DNA of 64,000 nt from Macrostomum lignano (taxonomy: Eukaryota). Numbering within the stretch: the stretch's first letter is position 1; the number at the start of each line of letters is the position of its first letter. A program made the translations under genes and the position numbers. The notes beneath the pieces were generated by a model, which worked only from the letters and a program-made list of their open reading frames with translations, did no database searches and was not told where the DNA came from. The stretch lies in contig NIVC01000947.1 of NCBI GenBank assembly GCA_002269645.1, positions 124,001 through 188,000 on the forward strand, written 5' to 3'. Shown one piece after another: positions 16,460 through 28,127 of the stretch.

Positions 16460-16924
16460 ACCAGCAAGCCTTTCGAACTGGACCTCCCATCGAAAGTGCG
16501 CTGCATGCAATTGTCCACAAGCTGGAGCGCGGCGTGCTCGTCAGTGGATACGCGCTCTCGCTCTTTCTCAATCGACATTGATGGTAACCTTCGATAATGT
16601 GCTTCTTGAAGCCCTGGAATTGCCATCTCGCACCTCCTCGGACACTCCGAGGTGGAGTCCTCTCCCAATCCTCTGAAGATTCGTCATGAACGATTCGCTC
16701 AGCAGTCCGTATCCGGAGTCGGTGCAGAAGATAGGCTTATGCGGACGATGTCACGTCACTGTGGCTGGACCATCGATCACCCGCGGTCCTACGAGACCCC
16801 CTCGATCCAAGCCTTCATCCACCGGACCAAACGCTGTGCACACAATTGCGGTCTCACGTTCTCTGAGTTTAAAACCATGGCTAAAGAAAATTTATATGGC
16901 AGCTTTGTTAAAACTCGTATATGA
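16460..16924 (+). pseudogene. Degraded non-LTR retrotransposon (LINE) reverse-transcriptase fragment
   Basis: QAFRTGPPIESALHAIVHKLE...YALSLFL / DIDG / FDNV across frameshifts, matching RT domains 2-3 (Q.GFR...T..AL...FLDI.GAFD.V). Confidence 0.7.
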
Positions 16925-17504
16925 ATGCGACGTTCCGAAACTATTTATTTTTTTCATAGGTTTAACAACCATTAAAAAATTCAAGGCATCTGAGTTTAAT
17001 TACGTCCAGTAAGAGTCCACATATAAATTGAAGTTTTAATGTAAACACGAATTGCGGCCCGAGGAACCGCCCGTCTTAATGGACAACGGGTTCGAAATAG
17101 TCTAGACCCTGGTTTTGTTATCGAATATTGGGCACTCTTGGAATATAGTTAGTAGCTATTGTGGTAGGACGGGGCTACCAACTGTGAAATTCTGGTACTA
17201 CCGCACGTTCCTGACATTGTGTGCGTCACTCTCCCCCGCCTCCTTCCTTCGATGACGAAATCTGTCGTCATCGCCCGTTCCCGTGTTTGACCCTTCCGGT
17301 GGCCTCCCTGGTCCTTCCCCTGGCCCAACTCCTGCCCCCCACCGTTGGTCCCATTTTGGTATTAACTTTGTTTTAATTCTTTTTTGGCTGTTTTTCGTGC
17401 GTTGACCCAACCCGGGAATCCCATCCACCGGTTGCCCCACCGGTTTACCCACCATGTGCCCACACCCCTTAAGCGTTCGATTTTTGCTCACTATATTATG
17501 CCAA

Positions 17505-17816
17505 CCCGCATAGCAAAATTACGTATCCAATAGAAAGTGGGACGTCTCGGATACGTAACTTTTTGTTTGCAGGAACATCCTTGATACGGATCCAATTTTT
17601 ATGATCCTCTAAAGAAGCTGGTTTCTACCAAAATGGTGGAATAAATAATCAATAAAATTACAAGCATTATCTGTTCACCGTTTTTGTAGAAACGATAGAG
17701 CTTCTTTAGAGGATCATAAAAATTGGATACGTATCAAGGAGTCGTTCCTGCAACCAAAAAAGTTACGTATTGGAGACGTCCCACTTTCTATTGCATACGC
17801 AATTTTGCTATGCGGG
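17505..17816. mobile_element. 312-bp palindromic MITE with CCC...GGG ends and 3-bp TSD (CAA)
   Basis: Near-perfect inverted symmetry over ~130 bp per arm (CCCGCATAGCAAAATT.../...AATTTTGCTATGCGGG); CAA at 17502-17504 and 17817-17819. Confidence 0.88.
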
Positions 17817-19073
17817 CAATTTGCGTGTCCTGTCATCTTTAAAAAAACCCACCCCTTTCCTTGCTTTTACCTGTTCGTCTCTGTTCCTGTTTGCTTATTT
17901 TGACAACCAATTACTAGTTTATTCCTTGAAGACTTTTAGTTTTCCTCTGTTTCAATCGCTATAATCGCTAATAATGAATAATAATTTTCCTGCGTTAATT
18001 TAGTTAATATCCAGCGTGACCAGTAAACTCTGTACCAGTACATGTATTTATTTTCATTAACTAATCGAAGCCCATAGCATTATCTTGAGTCATTTGCCCG
18101 TGGGGCGTAAAATGCAATTAATCGCAACTCCAAATTAACGAGCTCTGAGAAATCAACGTTTACTCTACTGTTGACTACAGAATACATGTATATCATAAAA
18201 TAGAGAGCTAAATAAGTTGGCCAGCTGAAACAGTGGTTTAGTAAGCAACTAAGCGAATCGACGTACATTGAATCGACGGTGTCTAAGGACCCAATTGGTC
18301 CTCAGACCGTGCCTAACGAAGACTTCTCATCTACGACAACGACTACCCTCCCCCCGAAACTGAGGACCCGGCAGACGGAGTATTCAGGAGAAAACCCGTT
18401 GAGATTCGATTTCGCGATTTTCCGAATTCATTCGTGCGAACTCAACACCGGCGGCATTTCAAATTTATCAATCCGCCCAATTTCTAAAATACCTGTAATG
18501 TATCTTTATATCTGTTTTAAAAGTAATCATATTTTGTACTTATTTCACATTGTGCATTATATGTATTTGTATTCTGAAGTGACGGTTGATTGGGTTGGGA
18601 GCTGGGTAAACTTGTGGAGGGTTTGTTTAACTTCGCTTAGTCACTTTGTTTGCAGCTTGCGATCTGCGTGTACTCAGTAAATCATTGTGTACTCTATGCG
18701 TACTGATCTACTCTGTTCCATGTGCATCATAGCGCTAGCTATTGCCTCGCCCCTTAATCTCTACCATTTTGTACTCTCTCCACTCACAGTGCCCCTGCAT
18801 CAGTGAAATTCAATACTTACAATATTTAAGCTTTTTCTCTCGGTATTTAACTCGTCAAGTTACTTTGGCTATTCTACAAAAATATCGCAAGTATTAACAT
18901 TCGTTATTAAGCAACAAATAGCTCCTGACTTGCGCGTCACGTCATATTCTATTTATAGTTTACTGTACTTTTTACTGTACGTATTTATATAAGTTGGCAT
19001 AACTGGTTTATAACGTACTTTGTTTTATTGCTCAATATTAATTAATATATAATAAATTGTCGCATCGTTATAA

Positions 19074-19680
19074 CCACTTCGCGCCCAAGCTTGGTTCTGT
19101 AAGATGGCTTAAAAGCCCAAAGGCCTGCAGAGCAGTCCATAGACAAATTTGTCTTTTTTGCTGAATCGAGTGCACACCCTAGAAGCCCAGAAGTAAAGTA
19201 TATCACATAGTTTTTCAGCTAGCTCCTGTTCAAACCTTCCTACCCACAAATGGCTTTTACGCGGCCGAATAGGACAGCTAAAAGTGACGCCTTGCGTAGA
19301 CTGGGACTCGATTCCGATTCGGAAGACGCTTTATCAAGCAATGACTCGACGGTTTTTGAGTCAGAAACGGAGTCGGAAGGCATGGATCCAGAAATTGATC
19401 CTGACTGAAGAGTTTCTCACCACAGTCTTGTCACATGGACTAATGAGCGAATGTGGTTGGCAGTCAGGGAGTTCCAGCAGGAGAGTGCAGAAAATGGCGA
19501 AAATACCACATATACACGGACGACTCCCAGCAACGGAAGCCCAGACTCGCCCAAGCAAACGATTCCGAATTTGAAACCTGACGTTCCAGCTAAGAAGACA
19601 GTATTTTGTTGCAGCCAATGTCCCGGAAATCCTGGTCTCTGTCCAGATCCATGCTAATTCATCCACGCTTTAATTCCCCT
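19074..19680 (+). pseudogene. Internally deleted piggyBac-like transposase relic
   Basis: Acidic N-terminus (ATG 19250; LGLDSDSEDALSS...ESETESE) followed closely by a C-terminal Cys-rich motif KKTVFCCSQCPGNPGLCPDPC*..H; catalytic core absent; right TIR not found. Confidence 0.6.
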
Positions 19681-21641
19681 TCAACATTTCCCATTTGAGT
19701 GAAAACACAATGGAAATGCATAATGGACGTCTTTAAATCAGTCATGGCCTGCACAGCAGGCCATACTGGGCACTTGCTTTAGTGATTGGGAGATGGTTTT
19801 TGATCCCATAGACATTTTTCAATCTCTGGGTTTCTGGGCCGTTTCGGTATGGCCTGCAGTGCAGGCCTTTGGCTTCCAAATGGATAAGAGTTCGCCGCGG
19901 GTCTCCCTAAAACACGCCCAGCACCGCCCTGCAGCGCTACACATTAAAACAAATTGGACTATAACTGAAGACACTTCAAAATGCGTTTTCTGTTAAGCTT
20001 CAAAGTTTTAATTAAATTTAGTTTTTTACTATGAAATATAAAATTCGAATAAGTGATATTAATAATATTAATAAAATAATAAGAATATAATATATTAATG
20101 AAAACGAGAATATAAAAATAATAATAATATTTATAATAATAATTAAAGATATTTATTCCATTACTCTTACAACAAATAGTTTTCTTTGCAATCAAATACT
20201 GCATTGACAAAAAATGTTATAATGTGTAGCGGTTCGGGGCGGTGCGGTGCGTGTTATAGGGAGACCCGTTCGCCGCTCTGATTCAGCATCGATTTAGAAC
20301 TCATATTATGGTCTTCTGCTATTCATTTCTTTTCATACCGTAAAAAATCCCAGACGCTCTTTCAAATACCATATTTAATACAAATATCGTAACTTGTATT
20401 CATTCATCATTTAAAAGTATCCAACCTTTTGAACAAGTATTAAATACATCAACTTATATTGGCCAAACAGGCTTTTTACCTGAGCCAAACTTACTACTAC
20501 TTCTAAATCTTGTTCTTTCTCCGCCCCCACCAGGCCCACCTCACTATTTTTTGACATGCCAGATCCTGATGCATTAAACATCTAACATATTGACATAACA
20601 ATATGCAAGAGACGAGGTGAGTACTAATGCCTGTAGCATTTTTTTAGTTTTATATGATTATACATGTGTTATCTTTTGTAGATAGCACTAATTTATTAAA
20701 CAAATATTAAAATTATAATTAACTGTTATATTATTTAGTCTAGACTGATTATTTTGTTACATTACATATTTATTAATTTTGGCCCAAGGCCCTAACTTAT
20801 CTGTTATCATATAGTCAGGAATAAGGATCATAATCATGTGTGCACTAGCCAAAAATTGCCTACCTAGTAAATTTTTTATGCTTATGGCTATGTGCCAAGT
20901 TTGCTAGACAAAGTGCCCCACTGTGCAGAGTGCAAAGAACTATCAAATCAATGTCAAAGTCAAATCAAGGGAATAATACAATGATTTTAAATTGGTTGGG
21001 CCTATTGAAATTGAAAAATCGTAACTTACAAGCTTTCATCCTACAAAATTGGTAGGCCTATAAGTGAGCCAGCCAAGTTGATTTTTGTTGATCTATCTCA
21101 GTGTATCTGTAAAGGTTAGATAGGATTGAAACCTTTGGGTGGGATTGGAATGAGAATTATTTTTTTTCTTGGGATCGGATCAGGATCAAGATTTTGGAAT
21201 TGGGATCAGGTCTTGTAGTTTGTAAATCTGGTGTAAGACCAAGATAGCCACATACCAAGATGGCCATAGTTAGGGTAGGGTTCATAGAAAATGACAATTG
21301 GTTTTCTATTGGATAGCTTCGGGTTGGGAGATGTGAGGTTGCAATGGGGGTTTAGACAAGTAGTCAAAATTTTATTAGTATATTGCAGGGTTAAAGACAA
21401 ATATGGTTATTAGTCTTAATTTCCTATTTATAGTAGGCCCTTAAAAGGTGTAAACATATTTCATATTAAATAAATATCTTCTTTTTATAAAATCAGGTGT
21501 AGCTTTTTTCAGTTTTTCTTATTGGTCAAGACTAATTTACTTGTTTAAAGGGATAAAAACTGGTTAAATTTCATGCCCTGTTCAAAATTCATCTGTTTCA
21601 TTCACTGACAGCAGTCTAAGCACTTAGATACAAAATCGCAG

Positions 21642-21829
21642 GCGCATATCCATGTGTGGTCTGTCTGCAGCCAGTTTGCGATGGACAAGAAACAATTGAA
21701 TATTCTTAATGCTTGAATTGGCAGCACCATGCATGTGATAGTTGCATCACAAGGATAAGTATTCTGCAATGAAAAATGTCAATGAGTTTTTCTGGCTTTG
21801 CAATCAATGCAATAGATGGGCTCCTGCAG
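21642..21829 (+). pseudogene. PHD-finger pseudo-exon
   Basis: YPCVVCLQPVCDGQETIEYS*CLNWQHHAC / DKYSAMKNVNEFFWLCNQC: C4HC3-like spacing with one stop, a lost Cys and one frameshift; flanked by GCAG acceptor and CAG|GTAAC donor. Confidence 0.65.
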
Positions 21830-22908
21830 GTAACATAGCAGTGTCTCAAGCTGCAGATGCTGCAGTGGTACATGTACAAGCCCCAAATTTTGGACTAGCC
21901 ATTGTTCCTCTGCCTGCTGAAAATCCTTTATGCACTGCAGCAAATTTGCATAGATATGAGATGCATGTATTTTTTAGCAAGTACTGATATCCAAGAAATG
22001 CAAGGCTTCAATACTAAGTCTGACAATTCTGAAATCTCATCAAAGTAAGCCAAACTTCTAAATACATATACAGATACAAGTACATATATGAGCTTGTAAC
22101 TGACATAAGTTAGAAAATAAGAAGAGAGAATATATATTGAATAGAAAATAGAGGAGAGAAAAGAGAGAAATGAGGAGAAAAGAAAGAAGAGAAAGGAGAG
22201 AAGAGAGTAAAAGGAAGAGAGAAAATATAAGTTTGTAGAGATAAGAGAGATGAAAGGAGATATATACCTATATAACATTTAGACATATCTAGATGTACTT
22301 AGGATGTCCCAACTTTGGTCTATTTGACAAATTCTGGGATATACAGATGCGTCTATTTGGGAAGTACCAGGGACATCCCAGGAAATAACCTTGAGACATT
22401 TCAGCCAAGATGTCCCACAGACATAGCTGCTTGACAGATGTCGATAGAAACAGTATTTATCATCTAGAGTCTGCATGGGACATAGGCATACTTACATTTA
22501 TGAATATGCAGCTGTTAAATATTGGTTTTTAAGTTCAATTTCAACATAAGTAATTTCTAACTAATTTGTCCAGTCCAACCTAGTAGTCCGTCTAGTAGTC
22601 GATTGACAATTATATCAATCATTATCGTGTCAATGACAACTTAACAGTTAATTTAAAGTACATGTAGTTAAAAATCAACATGCGCACATATACATGGGTG
22701 AGGAATGGATTAAATAAAGTATTCTCACAAAATGCAAAACGAGCGAGTCAGCTTATTAAATGGAATATAAGTCCCATTAATTGGAAACTGAAAAACACTA
22801 ATTAAATTCCAAGAAAATTTTATTCCAAATTAGTGATAGTAACTTATCTCAGTATACAAACAAATAGTTCACATGTGCAAAAGCTTCTTAGTATATTAAA
22901 TAAACATT

Positions 22909-25900
22909 AAAACACAAGAAACAGAAACAGATTTTTTGCGTTAATACACTTAGCTGAATGCTTTAGTTGTACACCAGCGTCATATAGGGCATCATCGTTG
23001 CCAGCATCGTCTGCAGCACCATCACTGTTATCTCGAAAATTGTCATTGAGCTGGCGACCTATTGACGTATTGAATACGACTGAGACTTGCGCGACATACG
23101 TTTGAGAATGCTGCCGATAAATGACCTAGCAATCATGGTTCCCCTATTGGAATAAGTTTTCAAACACTGTGGACAGTGCATCTAGTGCGCCATGGCAATC
23201 ATAAAGTGGCCTGGACGGTGCGTCATGACAATCTTCAAATCCTAAGGTGGTATGGACGATGTGTCATTCAAATCTTCAAATCCTAGGGTGCCATAGCACT
23301 CTAGGTTTAGGTGATATTGTGCATGACTCCAGTCTCTATCATGTTCATTCTGATGATGCATCACTCGTTTTTGAGAGATTTAAAGAGATTGAGAGAAAGT
23401 TGTGTGTTTTACCGCACTTGTGTTTTACTGCACTCTGTTCTGTACTGTACTTCTGCCCCCTTCTGTTGTAGTTGTATCTATTTCTTAATTCTTAGTCTAC
23501 TCGTCTTTTGACTTACAAAGTTACATTGTTGGTCTATTCAAAGAAAAATAAATAATGTAAATAGTGTGGCAATTGCATCAGTGAGTACTTAAAATAATTA
23601 CGAACACTGAAACCCTTTACTTCAATTTGGCTAATCGCTATTACTAAACACAAAATATTATATCAGTATGTACTACGTACAGTGTGCTTGAGTAACTGCT
23701 TAAGACATTCTCTGGACATAAGCAGTTGTACATGAGATGGATTCATCGTATGTGCACGTGCAATAGGAGTAAAATAGTGGGGGTAAATGTACGTGCAACT
23801 GCTTAAGGCAGAGGCGCAGTATATATAATTCAATATTTGGGGTGCATGCATGGCTGTCGCTGTCTGACAGACGCAAGCTTAAGACACAGACGTATGCTTA
23901 CATAACACTACAGTACTGGAGTTGTAAGTAACATCGGTACATGGGCAATACAGCAACCACAGGGCATCAGCAAAAGATTCAGCATGACAGCATGATCATA
24001 AGGGAGACTATGTTACTTGAAGACAGTCTTGAGTTGAAGGATATTTAATAGTAATAACTTGTGTCTAGTCTATATGATAATATGAATGTAGAGATGGATT
24101 GAAACTGGTTTTTCAATCTAGTTGGTCTCTTTAATAGTCCTAAATCCTCATGCTTCCTATGTGGCATCTCTATACTTCTCTTTCTCCAGACATACGAAAC
24201 TCTTCATCCCTAGACATGAGACATAATGAATGAATGAATGAAATGAAAAAAATAGAAGTTTGTCTATAGCCTTAGCCTTTGCAACTCTACTACTTCAGCA
24301 AGAGTCGCCCAGTCTCCGACTTCTTGCGCATTAGCACAGGCAGTTTTGCCTTCCGCTTCATTCCCCGTTGGCGGTAAACATTGTGCTGCCGCAGCCATAG
24401 ACGGGCTATTTTCTTTACTGTTACAGGCATTGACGACACGCTAGGCGGAATGTGCCAGGAAAGCCTCGTTCTGAGCTCTAATGTCTCATCCGCCTGAAGT
24501 GCGCCCTGCATTCGCTGCCGATCCATGCTGGTGTACAGGCTTTCGACAATGGCTTCGGGGCAGCCTTTTGCCAAAGCCCAGTCGAGCAAGGCGCAGAGAG
24601 CGTTGCTGAACATGCCATACAGCCTACGATCGCTGTACATTGCAGCAAGAAAGTTTTTCTCGCAAGGAAATATGGTGAGCGGACCAGTTCCCGCGTCAAT
24701 GGAGAACTTTCCCTGCTCGCTTGCATGACTGTTCATGGACAGCAGTCGGCCCTCGGGGCAATCGGCGCCAAAAATTATTCGGCGACAGTGCAAGGAGTCT
24801 GCGTCGGCACCCCAAACAATGCTACGAATCGTGTCACGCCAGACAGCATGCAATTCGTTGCTAGTCAAATCGCCAAACAGTTTCTCTAGAGACGGACGCG
24901 TTCTCGCAGCTTCAAAGGCCAAATGAAACGCCTGCTGACCATGTAGAACGAAGGCGTGTTCATGTCGCAGAAGGACTTGATAATTTGCACCGGTTTTGCG
25001 TACACGGCCACAAAGAGCGCCAATATAGCCCGTTATGTTAAAAGCTGTGTTCAACAGGTTTATTGGTCTCGACACAGCGACGGAGCTTCGCCGGCTTAAA
25101 GCGCTGATCAGCATGGTGACAAAACTGCGAGCCGAAGCCACCGCCGTTTGCAACGTCATCTCAGCAGCCGCACCCTCATCCTGCTGGTCCAAGTCATGGG
25201 GTTCGTCTTCGTCATCTTCGGCTTCCTCATCGGCAACTTTTGCCAGCTCTGTTAGCGTGAAGGGGAACGAAGCCGATGGGCTAAGCGAAACCTCGCGGAA
25301 AAGCCCTTTCTCAATGTCGTCCCATCTTGCTGACAGAAGTGGCAAACAGCCGGCAGACTCCCTGACTACTCTAGCGGCAGTCTCTGAAGATGTTCGTAAA
25401 GCTTGCTCTAGCGCTAGCAGGCTGCGACGCATCACATCCAGTTGCATTGACAAATTGGTCACTTCGTCAACGATTTGCCAAGCGGGCAGCTGAAGGTTTT
25501 GGCTGCGGAGCAAGAAACACAAGAAAACACAAGAAACAGAAACAGATTTTTTGCGTTAATACACTTAGCTGAATGCTTTAGTTGTACACCAGCGTCATAT
25601 AGGGCATCATCGTTGCCAGCATCGTCTGCAGCACCATCACTGTTATCTCGAAAATTGTCATTGAGCTGGCGACCTATTGACGTATTGAATACGACTGAGA
25701 CTTGCGCGACATACGTTTGAGAATGCTGCCGATAAATGACCTAGCAATCATGGTTCCCCTATTGGAATAAGTTTTCAAACACTGTGGACAGTGCATCTAG
25801 TGCGCCATGGCAATCATAAAGTGGCCTGGACGGTGCGTCATGACAATCTTCAAATCCTAAGGTGGTATGGACGATGTGTCATTCAAATCTTCAAATCCTA

Positions 25901-28127
25901 GGGTGCCATAGCACTCTAGGTTTAGGTGATATTGTGCATGACTCCAGTCTCTATCATGTTCATTCTGATGATGCATCACTCGTTTTTGAGAGATTTAAAG
26001 AGATTGAGAGAAAGTTGTGTGTTTTACCGCACTTGTGTTTTACTGCACTCTGTTCTGTACTGTACTTCTGCCCCCTTCTGTTGTAGTTGTATCTATTTCT
26101 TAATTCTTAGTCTACTCGTCTTTTGACTTACAAAGTTACATTGTTGGTCTATTCAAAGAAAAATAAATAATGTAAATAGTGTGGCAATTGCATCAGTGAG
26201 TACTTAAAATAATTACGAACACTGAAACCCTTTACTTCAATTTGGCTAATCGCTATTACTAAACACAAAATATTATATCAGTATGTACTACGTACAGTGT
26301 GCTTGAGTAACTGCTTAAGACATTCTCTGGACATAAGCAGTTGTACATGAGATGGATTCATCGTATGTGCACGTGCAATAGGAGTAAAATAGTGGGGGTA
26401 AATGTACGTGCAACTGCTTAAGGCAGAGGCGCAGTATATATAATTCAATATTTGGGGTGCATGCATGGCTGTCGCTGTCTGACAGACGCAAGCTTAAGAC
26501 ACAGACGTATGCTTACATAACACTACAGTACTGGAGTTGTAAGTAACATCGGTACATGGGCAATACAGCAACCACAGGGCATCAGCAAAAGATTCAGCAT
26601 GACAGCATGATCATAAGGGAGACTATGTTACTTGAAGACAGTCTTGAGTTGAAGGATATTTAATAGTAATAACTTGTGTCTAGTCTATATGATAATATGA
26701 ATGTAGAGATGGATTGAAACTGGTTTTTCAATCTAGTTGGTCTCTTTAATAGTCCTAAATCCTCATGCTTCCTATGTGGCATCTCTATACTTCTCTTTCT
26801 CCAGACATACGAAACTCTTCATCCCTAGACATGAGACATAATGAATGAATGAATGAAATGAAAAAAATAGAAGTTTGTCTATAGCCTTAGCCTTTGCAAC
26901 TCTACTACTTCAGCAAGAGTCGCCCAGTCTCCGACTTCTTGCGCATTAGCACAGGCAGTTTTGCCTTCCGCTTCATTCCCCGTTGGCGGTAAACATTGTG
27001 CTGCCGCAGCCATAGACGGGCTATTTTCTTTACTGTTACAGGCATTGACGACACGCTAGGCGGAATGTGCCAGGAAAGCCTCGTTCTGAGCTCTAATGTC
27101 TCATCCGCCTGAAGTGCGCCCTGCATTCGCTGCCGATCCATGCTGGTGTACAGGCTTTCGACAATGGCTTCGGGGCAGCCTTTTGCCAAAGCCCAGTCGA
27201 GCAAGGCGCAGAGAGCGTTGCTGAACATGCCATACAGCCTACGATCGCTGTACATTGCAGCAAGAAAGTTTTTCTCGCAAGGAAATATGGTGAGCGGACC
27301 AGTTCCCGCGTCAATGGAGAACTTTCCCTGCTCGCTTGCATGACTGTTCATGGACAGCAGTCGGCCCTCGGGGCAATCGGCGCCAAAAATTATTCGGCGA
27401 CAGTGCAAGGAGTCTGCGTCGGCACCCCAAACAATGCTACGAATCGTGTCACGCCAGACAGCATGCAATTCGTTGCTAGTCAAATCGCCAAACAGTTTCT
27501 CTAGAGACGGACGCGTTCTCGCAGCTTCAAAGGCCAAATGAAACGCCTGCTGACCATGTAGAACGAAGGCGTGTTCATGTCGCAGAAGGACTTGATAATT
27601 TGCACCGGTTTTGCGTACACGGCCACAAAGAGCGCCAATATAGCCCGTTATGTTAAAAGCTGTGTTCAACAGGTTTATTGGTCTCGACACAGCGACGGAG
27701 CTTCGCCGGCTTAAAGCGCTGATCAGCATGGTGACAAAACTGCGAGCCGAAGCCACCGCCGTTTGCAACGTCATCTCAGCAGCCGCACCCTCATCCTGCT
27801 GGTCCAAGTCATGGGGTTCGTCTTCGTCATCTTCGGCTTCCTCATCGGCAACTTTTGCCAGCTCTGTTAGCGTGAAGGGGAACGAAGCCGATGGGCTAAG
27901 CGAAACCTCGCGGAAAAGCCCTTTCTCAATGTCGTCCCATCTTGCTGACAGAAGTGGCAAACAGCCGGCAGACTCCCTGACTACTCTAGCGGCAGTCTCT
28001 GAAGATGTTCGTAAAGCTTGCTCTAGCGCTAGCAGGCTGCGACGCATCACATCCAGTTGCATTGACAAATTGGTCACTTCGTCAACGATTTGCCAAGCGG
28101 GCAGCTGAAGGTTTTGGCTGCGGAGCA
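22909..28127. repeat. Tandem duplication of 2604 bp (22909-25512 and 25524-28127) with an 11-nt junction insert
   Basis: Constant 2615-bp offset between identical ORF calls (e.g. 23247/25862, 24290/26905); breakpoints located by eye; full identity not verified base by base. Confidence 0.93.
24290..25512 (-). pseudogene. 5'-truncated duplicate of the transposase C-terminus (~407 codons)
   Basis: Same translation as the 3' part of 26905..28127; lacks both catalytic Asp motifs and a start. Confidence 0.85.

Noticed and set aside
22905-23125. Possible minus-strand terminal exon next to the transposon insertion site (VIYRQHSQ...DDAGNDDALYD)
   Set aside because: Coding-like with an acceptor, but no upstream partner exon outside the element could be identified; not supportable as a gene.
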